Shown: positions 9,330-18,118 of the stretch, in pieces
Numbering within the stretch: the stretch's first letter is position 1
Layout of the letters: each line of letters begins with the position of its first letter
NCBI GenBank assembly: GCA_964560045.1
Contig: CAZLKG010000001.1
Span: 619 to 40,202, forward strand
Direction: 5' to 3'
Source of the DNA: an uncultured Slackia sp.
Lineage (GTDB): Bacteria > Actinomycetota > Coriobacteriia > Coriobacteriales > Eggerthellaceae
Length of the DNA stretch: 39,584 bases
Program-made: the position numbers and the translations under genes
The notes under the pieces: model-generated
What the model was told of the DNA's origin: nothing
The model's database searches: none
The model's input: the letters and a program-made list of their open reading frames with translations, nothing else

Positions 9330-10526
9330 ATGGATTTTTCGATCTCGCGAGAGCAAGAAGATCTTCTATCCAAACTTGACACATTCTGTCAAAAACACCT
9401 TTCGGAAGAGATAGTCAATCGATGGATTGCCGAGGGGAGAGTTCCCGATTCATTCACTCGGAAATATCTTGAAGAAGGCTTTGGGCGCATAGGGCTCCCA
9501 AAACGCCTTGGGGGCATTCCTGCTCCTGTCATCACCAAGGCTCTCATCCTCGAACGATTGGCGCTCAGAGCCGGAGCTACGCTCCCCGCTCAGGGCCTCA
9601 TGACTGACATGCACTTCATATCGAAAGCCGCCAGCGAAGACCAAGCTACTCTTTTACAAAAAACCATTGAGAATACGGGCAGACTTCCTTTCTCTCTGGC
9701 AGTTTCCGAACCACAATCCGGATCAGAGACATTCGACGTACGCACCACCGCATCAGAGAGTGAATCTGGCTTTGTCATAAACGGGACCAAATCCTTTGTG
9801 AATTCGGGGCAATTTGCGCCCTACATTGCCCTTATCGCCTACGACGTTGACATGGATACGCCGCCCCATAACGACAAAGCCCCCCTGACTTTCTTTCTGG
9901 TATCACGTGACGCGGAGGGAGTAGATACCTTCCCTATGGCAAAAATAGGCCAAAAGCTCATCCCGACAGCCGACATAGTTTTCGACAACGTCCAAGTCGA
10001 AAAAAGCGCCGTAATCGGCATCAGAGGACACGGAGCAGAAATGCTCCTTAGCAGTTTCGAGTATGGCAGGATATACGTGTGCGCAACAACAGTTGGACTC
10101 GCACAGTCTGCACTTGAACAGGCAGTAATGTATGCACTTGATAGGAAGATATCCAATTCCTCCATCCTCGCATTCCAGCAAATTCAGGAAATGATTACCG
10201 ATGCCCAAGCGAAGATCGATGCAATGCGCAGCCTGCTCTATAAAACCGCATGCGGCATTGATGAGCAATCAAAATACTCACGACTCGATACAGCTATCCT
10301 CAAGCGATTTATCCCGAAAACTGCTATGGAGGTGGCAGATAGTGCTATGCAAATCATGGGAGGCATGGGATACCAATCGACTACCAAGGCTGCCCGCATC
10401 TGGGAAGAATGCCGCGGAAACCGCATCATTCAAGGTACCGATGAGATCATGACGATAGTAGCTGCAAAACGCATCGCCCAACGACTCGTAGACGAACAAG
10501 TTAATCCTCCCATCTGGCGTTTCTAG
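9330..10526 (+). CDS. Acyl-CoA dehydrogenase family protein, atypical active site
   Basis: MDFSISREQ, LAVSEPQSGS, INGTKSF, KIGQ, QIMGGMGY, RIIQGTDEIM; GGAG RBS before ATG at 9330. Confidence 0.88.
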   Translation: MDFSISREQEDLLSKLDTFCQKHLSEEIVNRWIAEGRVPDSFTRKYLEEGFGRIGLPKRLGGIPAPVITKALILERLALRAGATLPAQGLMTDMHFISKAASEDQATLLQKTIENTGRLPFSLAVSEPQSGSETFDVRTTASESESGFVINGTKSFVNSGQFAPYIALIAYDVDMDTPPHNDKAPLTFFLVSRDAEGVDTFPMAKIGQKLIPTADIVFDNVQVEKSAVIGIRGHGAEMLLSSFEYGRIYVCATTVGLAQSALEQAVMYALDRKISNSSILAFQQIQEMITDAQAKIDAMRSLLYKTACGIDEQSKYSRLDTAILKRFIPKTAMEVADSAMQIMGGMGYQSTTKAARIWEECRGNRIIQGTDEIMTIVAAKRIAQRLVDEQVNPPIWRF

Positions 10527-10576
10527 GTGAAGAACCCGACTGCGAACCGAGAAGATGGGCAGGGCGATTTATTTTT

Positions 10577-12295
10577 TCATTTCGCCCGATTTGAAAGTCG
10601 CTCTCTAAGTTCAGCATCACTATGGAATGCCTGACCCGATTCCTCATAGAGCTGCGCCAGGGCGTGCTTGTTCAGCTTTCCGTTCGCAAGGTGCGGCATA
10701 TGGTCAAGAACGATTACCTGATCTGGTATCTCATACTTGGCAAGCCTGCCCTTCGCGTAGTCCCTCAACTGCACGTCACTTACACATTCTTTTGCCTCTA
10801 CAAATAAGACAATCTGCTCTCCTAGCTCTTCATGGGGAAAACCCATCGCACAGCAGTCCGCAACCAACTGGATCCTGCCATATATCTTCTCTATCTCAGC
10901 GGGATAGACTTTGTATCCTCCCCTGTTGATTACATCGCCTACCCTACCGATGATATGCACGTACCCGTCTGAGTCCACATAGCCCAAATCGTCCATATGA
11001 ACCCATCCCTCCCGATCTATACGTTCGGCAGTAGCAACAGGATTGTCCAGATAGCCAATCATGGCGCCGGGATTCTTGCAGACAATCTCGCCGGACTCCC
11101 CCGGATTCACCTCCTTACCCACACTGTCAACGACCTTTGCCTGAACCAGTTCGTTAAATCTTCCTACCCCCGTAATCGCAACATCTAGTGAATCACCCTC
11201 GGTCGTGAATGCAACAATCGGGCACTCCGTGCTTCCGTATATCACCCGCAGAGAGCAATGAAGAATTCGCTCATACTCCTCCAGGTTGCTGCATTTTGCC
11301 CCAGCAATGGTTCCGGTGCGCATACTCGCCAGATCTCGGGAACATCGCTCCTGTTCATGTGCAATACGCTTATACATGGATGGGACGCCATTGACAACGG
11401 TAACGCGATGCCTTTCCATAAGGTCAAGCATCATGCTCGCCCTAAATTTCGGCATGATGACCGACGTTGCCCCAAGTTTCATAGGCAACAGAAACCCCGT
11501 GTTAATACCGTAGATGTGGCTAACGGGCAGCGATGTGATAAACACATCGTCTTGCAAAGCACGAAGAGCACACTGAATGGAACCTATGGCGTGCTCCAAC
11601 CCCCCTTTTGATAAAAGAACTCCTTTTGGGTTCCCTGTTGTCCCCGAAGTAAATATGGTAAGGATGGGCAGATGACCTCCGAATGAGCAATCTCGATCCA
11701 GTAATCCAAGGGGCGTTGGGGCAAATGGTATCTTTTCGTCATCGAGAAAACCCTCTAACGGCTCGATATGCTCAGGCACATCCCCTAGCCCCTGCGCTTT
11801 TCCTGAGGTGCCCACCTCGCTAAGGCTTGCATTTTCTGCGCCGCGCACCTTCATTGCAGAATACCCAAGCGCTTCACACTCATGCATATGCTCAGGTTTG
11901 GCCACAAAAACCATCACGGGCTTCGCTAGTTCCAAACGAATCCCGAGCTCTTCTGTGGTCGTAAGAATATCAAGAGGAATCAGATTGATACCTTCCTTCA
12001 TAGCAGCAAAAAGCAGAATCGCAAACTCAATCCCGCCAGGCATCACTGCGACGACATTTTTCCCTTTAGAAATTCCGTACTTCCCAAAGGTCTTTCGCGC
12101 CGAGTGTATCCTTTCGCAAAGACCCGCATAACTTATGCTTCCATTCGCATCAATGATCGCCGTTTTTTCCGGCAGTTGGTTGGCCCAGAAATCAATCACA
12201 TCGCCTAAAGATACTTGATCAACAAGAGGACGCTTCCACTCTTCTAAATTGGTGTTATCAATCGAAACTCCACCCAACTCCCAGAAGTCGGTCAC
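10577..12295 (-). CDS. Class I adenylate-forming enzyme, acyl-CoA ligase-like
   Basis: FTSGTTGNPKG P-loop, LPVSHIYG, YGSTE, GEI..K, GR..DVINRGG.KVYPAEIE, NGKL; start GTG at 12295 is approximate. Confidence 0.9.
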   Translation of the reverse strand: MTDFWELGGVSIDNTNLEEWKRPLVDQVSLGDVIDFWANQLPEKTAIIDANGSISYAGLCERIHSARKTFGKYGISKGKNVVAVMPGGIEFAILLFAAMKEGINLIPLDILTTTEELGIRLELAKPVMVFVAKPEHMHECEALGYSAMKVRGAENASLSEVGTSGKAQGLGDVPEHIEPLEGFLDDEKIPFAPTPLGLLDRDCSFGGHLPILTIFTSGTTGNPKGVLLSKGGLEHAIGSIQCALRALQDDVFITSLPVSHIYGINTGFLLPMKLGATSVIMPKFRASMMLDLMERHRVTVVNGVPSMYKRIAHEQERCSRDLASMRTGTIAGAKCSNLEEYERILHCSLRVIYGSTECPIVAFTTEGDSLDVAITGVGRFNELVQAKVVDSVGKEVNPGESGEIVCKNPGAMIGYLDNPVATAERIDREGWVHMDDLGYVDSDGYVHIIGRVGDVINRGGYKVYPAEIEKIYGRIQLVADCCAMGFPHEELGEQIVLFVEAKECVSDVQLRDYAKGRLAKYEIPDQVIVLDHMPHLANGKLNKHALAQLYEESGQAFHSDAELRERLSNRAK

Positions 12296-12309
12296 AATAC
12301 ACCCCCATT

Positions 12310-12450
12310 TCCCCTTATAATATATATACATACTTAGAATATTGTATAGAAATATTCTATCCTGTATATTTATTATGATATTGTATTGAAAATTTTTTCA
12401 CTAATAAATAGTCACTATTTATAATTCGTATATTTTACTGCTTTGACAAA
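12310..12450 (-). promoter_or_regulatory. AT-rich promoter/operator region of acyl-CoA ligase
   Basis: AT-rich block with three inverted repeats at 12335-12359, 12387-12400 and 12404-12422. Confidence 0.6.
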
Positions 12451-12548
12451 ATTGGTAGCCACTGAAGGATGATCAGTCATCGTACAGTCAAATCCCCACA
12501 GTCGGACAAAACAGAAATAATACGACGTCCTCACGGCTCACACCACTA

Positions 12549-14069
12549 TCAGCCCGCCTCCAAGATCTGAATCAGCTCTTCTTTCGATGAGACACCGGCT
12601 TTTCGATACATATTGCGCATGTGTGTCCTCACGGTGTTTTCTGATATAAACAGCTTCTCGGCAATGTAGGGCGATCCGTGGCCCGCTGCCAGATATTCGA
12701 GCACTTCCCGCTCGCGCGCCGTGAACGCATATCGTTCAGCAAGATATGCGCACGCTGCAACCGACCCTACGTTGCGCCCGGATCTTTCCCTTTCGGCCAT
12801 CCGTTCGATGAGATGCCGCGAACGTATGAGCGCAGCAAGCACCACGTAGACGAAATACGCAGAGGCTACCAGCAAAAGTGACGGCCCGATGGCATCTGCT
12901 CCCGCGAGTACATACAAGCGTTGACCAAAAAGGGAGCAAAGCGCTGCACCCACATACAGACATACGTGGAGAACCCATGGGGATATTTCCCCCTTCCCTG
13001 ACACCGCCGCCAGTGACGCAAACGCCATAAGCGCAATAAACGCCATAAGGACATGGGAAAGGAAAAATGCCACTCCAAACGTAGCCGACTCGACCGAAAA
13101 CTGTGAGAGGAAGAAAAACACGGCGGCAAGAGCCGGGATGTACAGATTCACAACAGCCGAAACTTCCAGCCTTTTTCGCAGGGCAAGCAATGCGGCAGCA
13201 CACAGCGCCCCACCCATAAACGAAAGCATCTCAATGCGCTCAAACAAGCTGGGCATGAAGCCCGTGTTATATGCCTCGAAGCGAGCACTTGATACGAACA
13301 CGAGCAAGAATAGGCCTATGCAAAGGTCAAGGGTTGTAGTGAGGGAATAACCGATTGATACCTCGAAGGCTTCGGATTTATCAACCACCCCCTCCTCCGC
13401 AGCTCCCAATAACGAATTCTGCGACACCTCCCGGGTGGACACAAGATCACCGCGCACAGCTTCAACGAGCGGAAAGACAAGCCCGCAGCAAAGCATGACA
13501 ATAAACGAGGGTACACTGATCTCAAACAGCCCCACTGCAAAAAGAAAATTGAACAAACCACCCAACCCGAGCGCACACGCGACACAGGCAAGCGCAACCC
13601 TGAACGAAAGGCGAGCAAAAAGAAATCCCCAGGCAACAGCGGGAAAAAGCATGCTGGCACCGCACAGCGCTCCCAAAACTGCACCGCCCACTCCTTTGTC
13701 ATCTGATCCTGCAAAAACGCAGATGGCGCATGCAACCACATAGCAGGCCGATCCCGCAATCACAGCCAGTCTTGACATAAAAAACGCGCCGCGACGACCG
13801 GAAAGAAAGCGCACCGTCAGAAGAATTCCTGCCACAGCTACCCCTAAAACAAACGGCGCAAGCGAAACGGAGAGTCCTTTTGCCGCAGCACTAAAAAGCG
13901 AGAGTTGGGGTGGAAGGATAGGCAGCGTCATGAAAAACGCTCCGAAAAGCACATACGGTACAAAGGCGCACGCGCCCTTGCTGACGTGGGTGACACATTC
14001 TTCTTGCCGATCGTTGCCCCGCTGAATCGTGTGAAAAATCCGTACGATGTCTCTTCCTATTCCTCCCAT
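12549..14069 (-). CDS. Multi-transmembrane LuxR-family transcriptional regulator
   Basis: About 12 hydrophobic segments then C-terminal LuxR HTH FTAREREVL..LA.G.....IAEKLFISENTVRTHMRNMYRK; ATG at 14069 has AGAGGGG RBS, start uncertain. Confidence 0.88.
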   Translation of the reverse strand: MGGIGRDIVRIFHTIQRGNDRQEECVTHVSKGACAFVPYVLFGAFFMTLPILPPQLSLFSAAAKGLSVSLAPFVLGVAVAGILLTVRFLSGRRGAFFMSRLAVIAGSACYVVACAICVFAGSDDKGVGGAVLGALCGASMLFPAVAWGFLFARLSFRVALACVACALGLGGLFNFLFAVGLFEISVPSFIVMLCCGLVFPLVEAVRGDLVSTREVSQNSLLGAAEEGVVDKSEAFEVSIGYSLTTTLDLCIGLFLLVFVSSARFEAYNTGFMPSLFERIEMLSFMGGALCAAALLALRKRLEVSAVVNLYIPALAAVFFFLSQFSVESATFGVAFFLSHVLMAFIALMAFASLAAVSGKGEISPWVLHVCLYVGAALCSLFGQRLYVLAGADAIGPSLLLVASAYFVYVVLAALIRSRHLIERMAERERSGRNVGSVAACAYLAERYAFTAREREVLEYLAAGHGSPYIAEKLFISENTVRTHMRNMYRKAGVSSKEELIQILEAG

Positions 14070-14329
14070 GATTCCCCTCTGCGCCGACGTGGCAGAAAAC
14101 ACATGCAAATCCATTCGCCCAGGTAAACAGTACCAGGTCAAATTCAGATAACCGAAACGTTGACGCAGATAGCGCATCACGGGGATGGGCAAACACATCA
14201 CTCTGTCGTACGGTTCGGGCGCGCCGGAAGATCAAAACGAAGACGCTCATCTCCGTTCAAACATTTCCGCTCAGGGTCAATGGCGGGTTCTTTCTGCGCA
14301 GGAAGAAGCATACGGCATAAGGAGGAAAA

Positions 14330-16099
14330 ATGGGTATTGGAAGCAAGGGAATTTCTCGAAGAGGCTTTCTGGCAAGTGCCGGAGTCGGCGCGACGGCGCT
14401 AGCCGCGAGCAGCATAATGAGCGGTTGTTCACCCTCAACGGATAGCTCTGGAACCTCCTCGGAAGTCGAAACGTCAACTGTGGCAAGCTGGCGCAACGCA
14501 CCCGATCCGATAAGCGAGAGCGAGATCTCGGAGACGGCAAGCTGCGACGTGCTGGTGCTGGGGTTAAGCTACGCCGGTGCTGCAGCCGCCCGCGCCGCAG
14601 CCGAGTCAGGCGCGGTGGTCATGTGTATGGAGCAACAGGCCGAAGATGAGCGCTCCTTCGTAGGCCAGGGAAACTTTGGTCACATCAATTCGGAATTTTT
14701 GGCCAGCCGCGACGTACCGCAGGTGGATGAGCTGGAATACTTTACCAACTGGCAGCTTCGCAGCGGCAACCGCTCCAACGCACGCCTTGTACGCAAGTTC
14801 TGCGCCAATATGGGTGCAGCGTTCGACTGGTATATTGATGCGTTGAGCGACGAAGAGAAAGAGCAGCTCTATGTGCAATTCTGGCCTACCGACGAGAGCT
14901 ATACCATAGAAAAGAGTCGTATTCAAACTTGGCCCGGCTGCGTAGGTACAGCCAGTTTCCAGACGGAGCTTATCAACGGTATGGCCAACAAGGCAGTGGA
15001 AAACGGTGGCGAGATTTTCTGGGAAACAACCGTGTGCCAGCTCACTCAGGATGACGACGGCGCGGTAACAGGTGCAATAGGCCAGCGAGCCGATGGATCT
15101 TACGTCAAGGTGACAGCCTCAAAGGGTACCATCGTGTGCCTGGGGGATTTCTCCGCAAACTCCGAGATGTGCCACGATCTGCTCACCCCTATCGACATGC
15201 TCGTAGGATCAGAGGGTAACATTGCCGGCATGGGACAGACGGGTACCGGCGTACAGATCTGCTACTGGGCGGGAGGCCGCCTCGATCCCTATCAAGCCAC
15301 CATGGGTGGCGACTACTACTATCCCTGCGATTCGCCCAACGACCCGCTGGGCTCAGCCTCGCCCCTGTGGCTTAACGCCAACGGTGAACGCTACTGCAAC
15401 GAGGGTTTCGCTTGCATCGAGTTGGCGGGTATGCAGGGTGTCATGCAGCCTGACGGCATATTCTGTGCCCTATTCGATGACAACGTGGAAGACCTCTTGA
15501 AGGCCCAAGGCGCCTGGCACATGGGTTTTGACTGGCCCAATACGGGCTTCGATAGCCTGCGCGAGCAGATGGCAGCAGCCGTAGAAAACGGAGCAGGCGG
15601 ATCAACCGGCGAAGGTAACGTCACTTCAAGCAGCACCACCGAAGACGGCGAAGTGGTAGATCGCGGGACTATGGCCGGAGCGAACATATTCGCAGCAAAC
15701 GACTACGAAACATTAGGAGGCTATCTTGGCTATGAGGGCGAAGCACTCGAAAACTTCGTGGCCTCCATTGAGCGTTATAACGAGCTGTGCGAAGCGGGGA
15801 TCGACGAAGACTTCGACAAAGATGCAAGCCTACTCTTCCCCATTACCACACCGCCATATTACGGCTACTGTGGCCAGAGGGAGCTGGGCACTATGCTCGT
15901 AAATGGTTCCGGCATGATGATTGACCACAACGGCCAGGTGCTTGGCGAGGACTTCTCCCCCATCCCCGGTCTGTTTGCTGCAGGCAACACAGCTGGCTGT
16001 CGCTTCGGAACGCAATACAGCACCCCCATTGCCGGCTCAAGCATTTCTTTCGCCATCACACAGGGTAAGTTTACTGCCGAATACGTGGCGAGTCTGTAG
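14330..16099 (+). CDS. Tat-exported lipoprotein flavin-dependent oxidoreductase (flavocytochrome c/FAD_binding_2 family)
   Basis: SRRGFL twin-arginine, lipobox MSGC, FAD-binding DVLVLG...AG, LNANGERY.NE, IERYNELC..G.DEDF.K, PIPGLFAAGN; AAGGAGG RBS. Confidence 0.9.
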   Translation: MGIGSKGISRRGFLASAGVGATALAASSIMSGCSPSTDSSGTSSEVETSTVASWRNAPDPISESEISETASCDVLVLGLSYAGAAAARAAAESGAVVMCMEQQAEDERSFVGQGNFGHINSEFLASRDVPQVDELEYFTNWQLRSGNRSNARLVRKFCANMGAAFDWYIDALSDEEKEQLYVQFWPTDESYTIEKSRIQTWPGCVGTASFQTELINGMANKAVENGGEIFWETTVCQLTQDDDGAVTGAIGQRADGSYVKVTASKGTIVCLGDFSANSEMCHDLLTPIDMLVGSEGNIAGMGQTGTGVQICYWAGGRLDPYQATMGGDYYYPCDSPNDPLGSASPLWLNANGERYCNEGFACIELAGMQGVMQPDGIFCALFDDNVEDLLKAQGAWHMGFDWPNTGFDSLREQMAAAVENGAGGSTGEGNVTSSSTTEDGEVVDRGTMAGANIFAANDYETLGGYLGYEGEALENFVASIERYNELCEAGIDEDFDKDASLLFPITTPPYYGYCGQRELGTMLVNGSGMMIDHNGQVLGEDFSPIPGLFAAGNTAGCRFGTQYSTPIAGSSISFAITQGKFTAEYVASL

Positions 16100-16209
16100 A
16101 CGACGGGCGAAACGGGCTTGTAGCGACCGACCAGAGCCGACTGGACAAGAGGACTGGCACTCCCGCGCGGCTTCCACGTCTTTCCCTTTAGTCCATCTGA
16201 CATCTCGAC

Positions 16210-16245
16210 GCCACCGCACCCTCCCCTCCTGGTGCGGTGGCCTTT
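16210..16245 (+). terminator. Probable terminator after flavoprotein gene
   Basis: GCCACCGCACC-10nt-GGTGCGGTGGC stem followed by CTTT. Confidence 0.6.
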
Positions 16246-16266
16246 AAGCTCGACATTGTTTCCCTT

Positions 16267-16303
16267 CTCAGCGCCCGAGCTTCCTCCCTCAGCGCCCGGG
16301 CTT
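16267..16303. repeat. Short imperfect direct repeat
   Basis: CTCAGCGCCCGAGCTT and CTCAGCGCCCGGGCTT, 21-bp period. Confidence 0.6.
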
Positions 16304-16371
16304 TCCCATGTGCGGCTTTTTCTGGCTCGTGAGCGAGAAATGGCCGGCTTCCTTGGATGACATGAAGCCTT

Positions 16372-17151
16372 TTAAGACTCTCGCTGTTCGTAGCGCGCTA
16401 GGAAGTCTTGGGTGCGCTTGTGTTGGGGATGGTCAATAAGCTGGTTAGCCGGACCTTCCTCAACGATTACCCCGCCATCCATAAAGATGATGCGATCAGC
16501 CACGTCACGTGCAAACTGCATCTCATGCGTAACCACCACCATGGTCATATGCTCCGCCGCAAGCCTTCTTATCACTTTGAGAACCTCACCGGTAAGTTCC
16601 GGGTCAAGCGCACTTGTAGGCTCATCGAAAAATACGATGCTTGGGTTGGTGCACAAGGCTCGCGCGATACTCACGCGCTGCTGCTGGCCACCGGAAAGCT
16701 CGCAAGGCACTTTGTTTTCGTTACCTTCAAGCCCCATTTTTGCGATGAGTTCGCGCGCCTGACGCTCCACCTCATCCTTCGGGCGCTTTTGCACGCTTAT
16801 CGGGGCGTCCATGATGTTTTTAAGCACCGAATAGTGCGGAAACAGATTGTAATTCTGAAACACCAAACCAAAACGCGATTTCGCCTGTTTAAGCACGGTC
16901 CTGCTGCCATACACCGCGCGGCTACCTTCGGTGTGTGCCACCTGCAAATCACCATAGGAAAGCTCACCTGAGTCAAAGGTTTCCAGCAGCGTGGCGCAGC
17001 GCAAAAGCGTTGATTTGCCACCACCAGACGGCCCAATCACAGCAACAACCTCACCCGAATAAACCTCGAGGGTGATGTCTTTGAGCACTTCTGCACTGCC
17101 GAATTTCTTCTTGATATGCGCCAGTCGCACGATTGGTTTTGTTGCGAACAT
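16372..17151 (-). CDS. Polar amino acid ABC transporter ATP-binding protein
   Basis: Walker [46 protein letters not shown]. Confidence 0.95.
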   Translation of the reverse strand: MFATKPIVRLAHIKKKFGSAEVLKDITLEVYSGEVVAVIGPSGGGKSTLLRCATLLETFDSGELSYGDLQVAHTEGSRAVYGSRTVLKQAKSRFGLVFQNYNLFPHYSVLKNIMDAPISVQKRPKDEVERQARELIAKMGLEGNENKVPCELSGGQQQRVSIARALCTNPSIVFFDEPTSALDPELTGEVLKVIRRLAAEHMTMVVVTHEMQFARDVADRIIFMDGGVIVEEGPANQLIDHPQHKRTQDFLARYEQRES

Positions 17152-17283
17152 GAACACCCCTCGACAATCCGACATATCCTCAAATAATCCGCCTAGCCCC
17201 GATAATCCGGCATTCCCTCAACAATTCGAGATGCTAACGGGTGAATACAGGACACCCCAGGCTACAACGGTCGGGTAAATTTC

Positions 17284-17937
17284 CTAATCATGATAGTAGG
17301 CCAACATCTTCTCGATGCGGTTGAGCACCACTTCCACCACAAAGTTGAACACCCAGTAAAACGCCGCAGCAATGGCAAAGGGCACCATGCTTACCTGTGA
17401 TGCCACGAGGGCGCGAGCAGTGCTGAACATCTCAGCCACACCGATGGCAAATGCCAAAGAGGTGTCTTTCACTAGGGTTATGATTTCGTTGCCCATGGCC
17501 GGGAGAATACGCTTGATAACCTGCGGAAGCACGATTTTAAGGAAAGTCTGCGCACGCGAGTAACCAAGCACCTGTGCCGCCTCGTATTGACCACGCGGAA
17601 TGGATTGGATGCCGCTTCGATAGATCTCGCCGAAATACGCCGCATAATTGATGATAAATGCGGTGATAGTGGCATTGAATTTGGAGTCGGTATTCAGGTC
17701 TATTCCAAACACGTAATACGGGGCGAAATAGATGGCAAACATCTGTAGCATCAGTGGCGTGCCCCGCATGACCGAGATATAGAAGCGCACAACAAGCGCA
17801 AGCAGCTTGAAGCGGCTCATGCGCCCCAGCGCTACCACAATGCCTAGAGGCAGTGCACCGATGAGCGTGAGAAAGAAGATCTGCAGCGTTACCAGAAACC
17901 CTGAGCCCAGCATCGCCAACATGGTAGTTAGCTCCAC
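17284..17937 (-). CDS. Polar amino acid ABC transporter permease
   Basis: RGTPLMLQ, AAYFGEIYRSGIQSIPRGQYEAA..LG (EAA loop), LVKDTSL. Confidence 0.95.
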   Translation of the reverse strand: MELTTMLAMLGSGFLVTLQIFFLTLIGALPLGIVVALGRMSRFKLLALVVRFYISVMRGTPLMLQMFAIYFAPYYVFGIDLNTDSKFNATITAFIINYAAYFGEIYRSGIQSIPRGQYEAAQVLGYSRAQTFLKIVLPQVIKRILPAMGNEIITLVKDTSLAFAIGVAEMFSTARALVASQVSMVPFAIAAAFYWVFNFVVEVVLNRIEKMLAYYHD

Positions 17938-18036
17938 AGATGCCCCCTCTCAGATGCGTTTGCGCATCCACGTCGCAGCGCTGAGGGTGAAATTCTTTGA
18001 CGGGCGCACGCCGCCAACGATATCCCCCAATCGTGC

Positions 18037-18066
18037 AAATCGCGGAAGGCATCCCTTCCGCGATTT
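18037..18066. other. Intergenic stem-loop between binding protein and permease genes
   Basis: AAATCGCGGAAGG-catc-CCTTCCGCGATTT perfect 13-bp stem. Confidence 0.7.
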
Positions 18067-18118
18067 GATCAATTCCTACAAACTCTTACAGGCGGTGCGC
18101 CTGAATCTCTTTGCTGCG

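Noticed and set aside
330-12548. Mobile element or att sites around the catabolic locus
   Set aside because: No integrase/transposase and no flanking direct repeat seen
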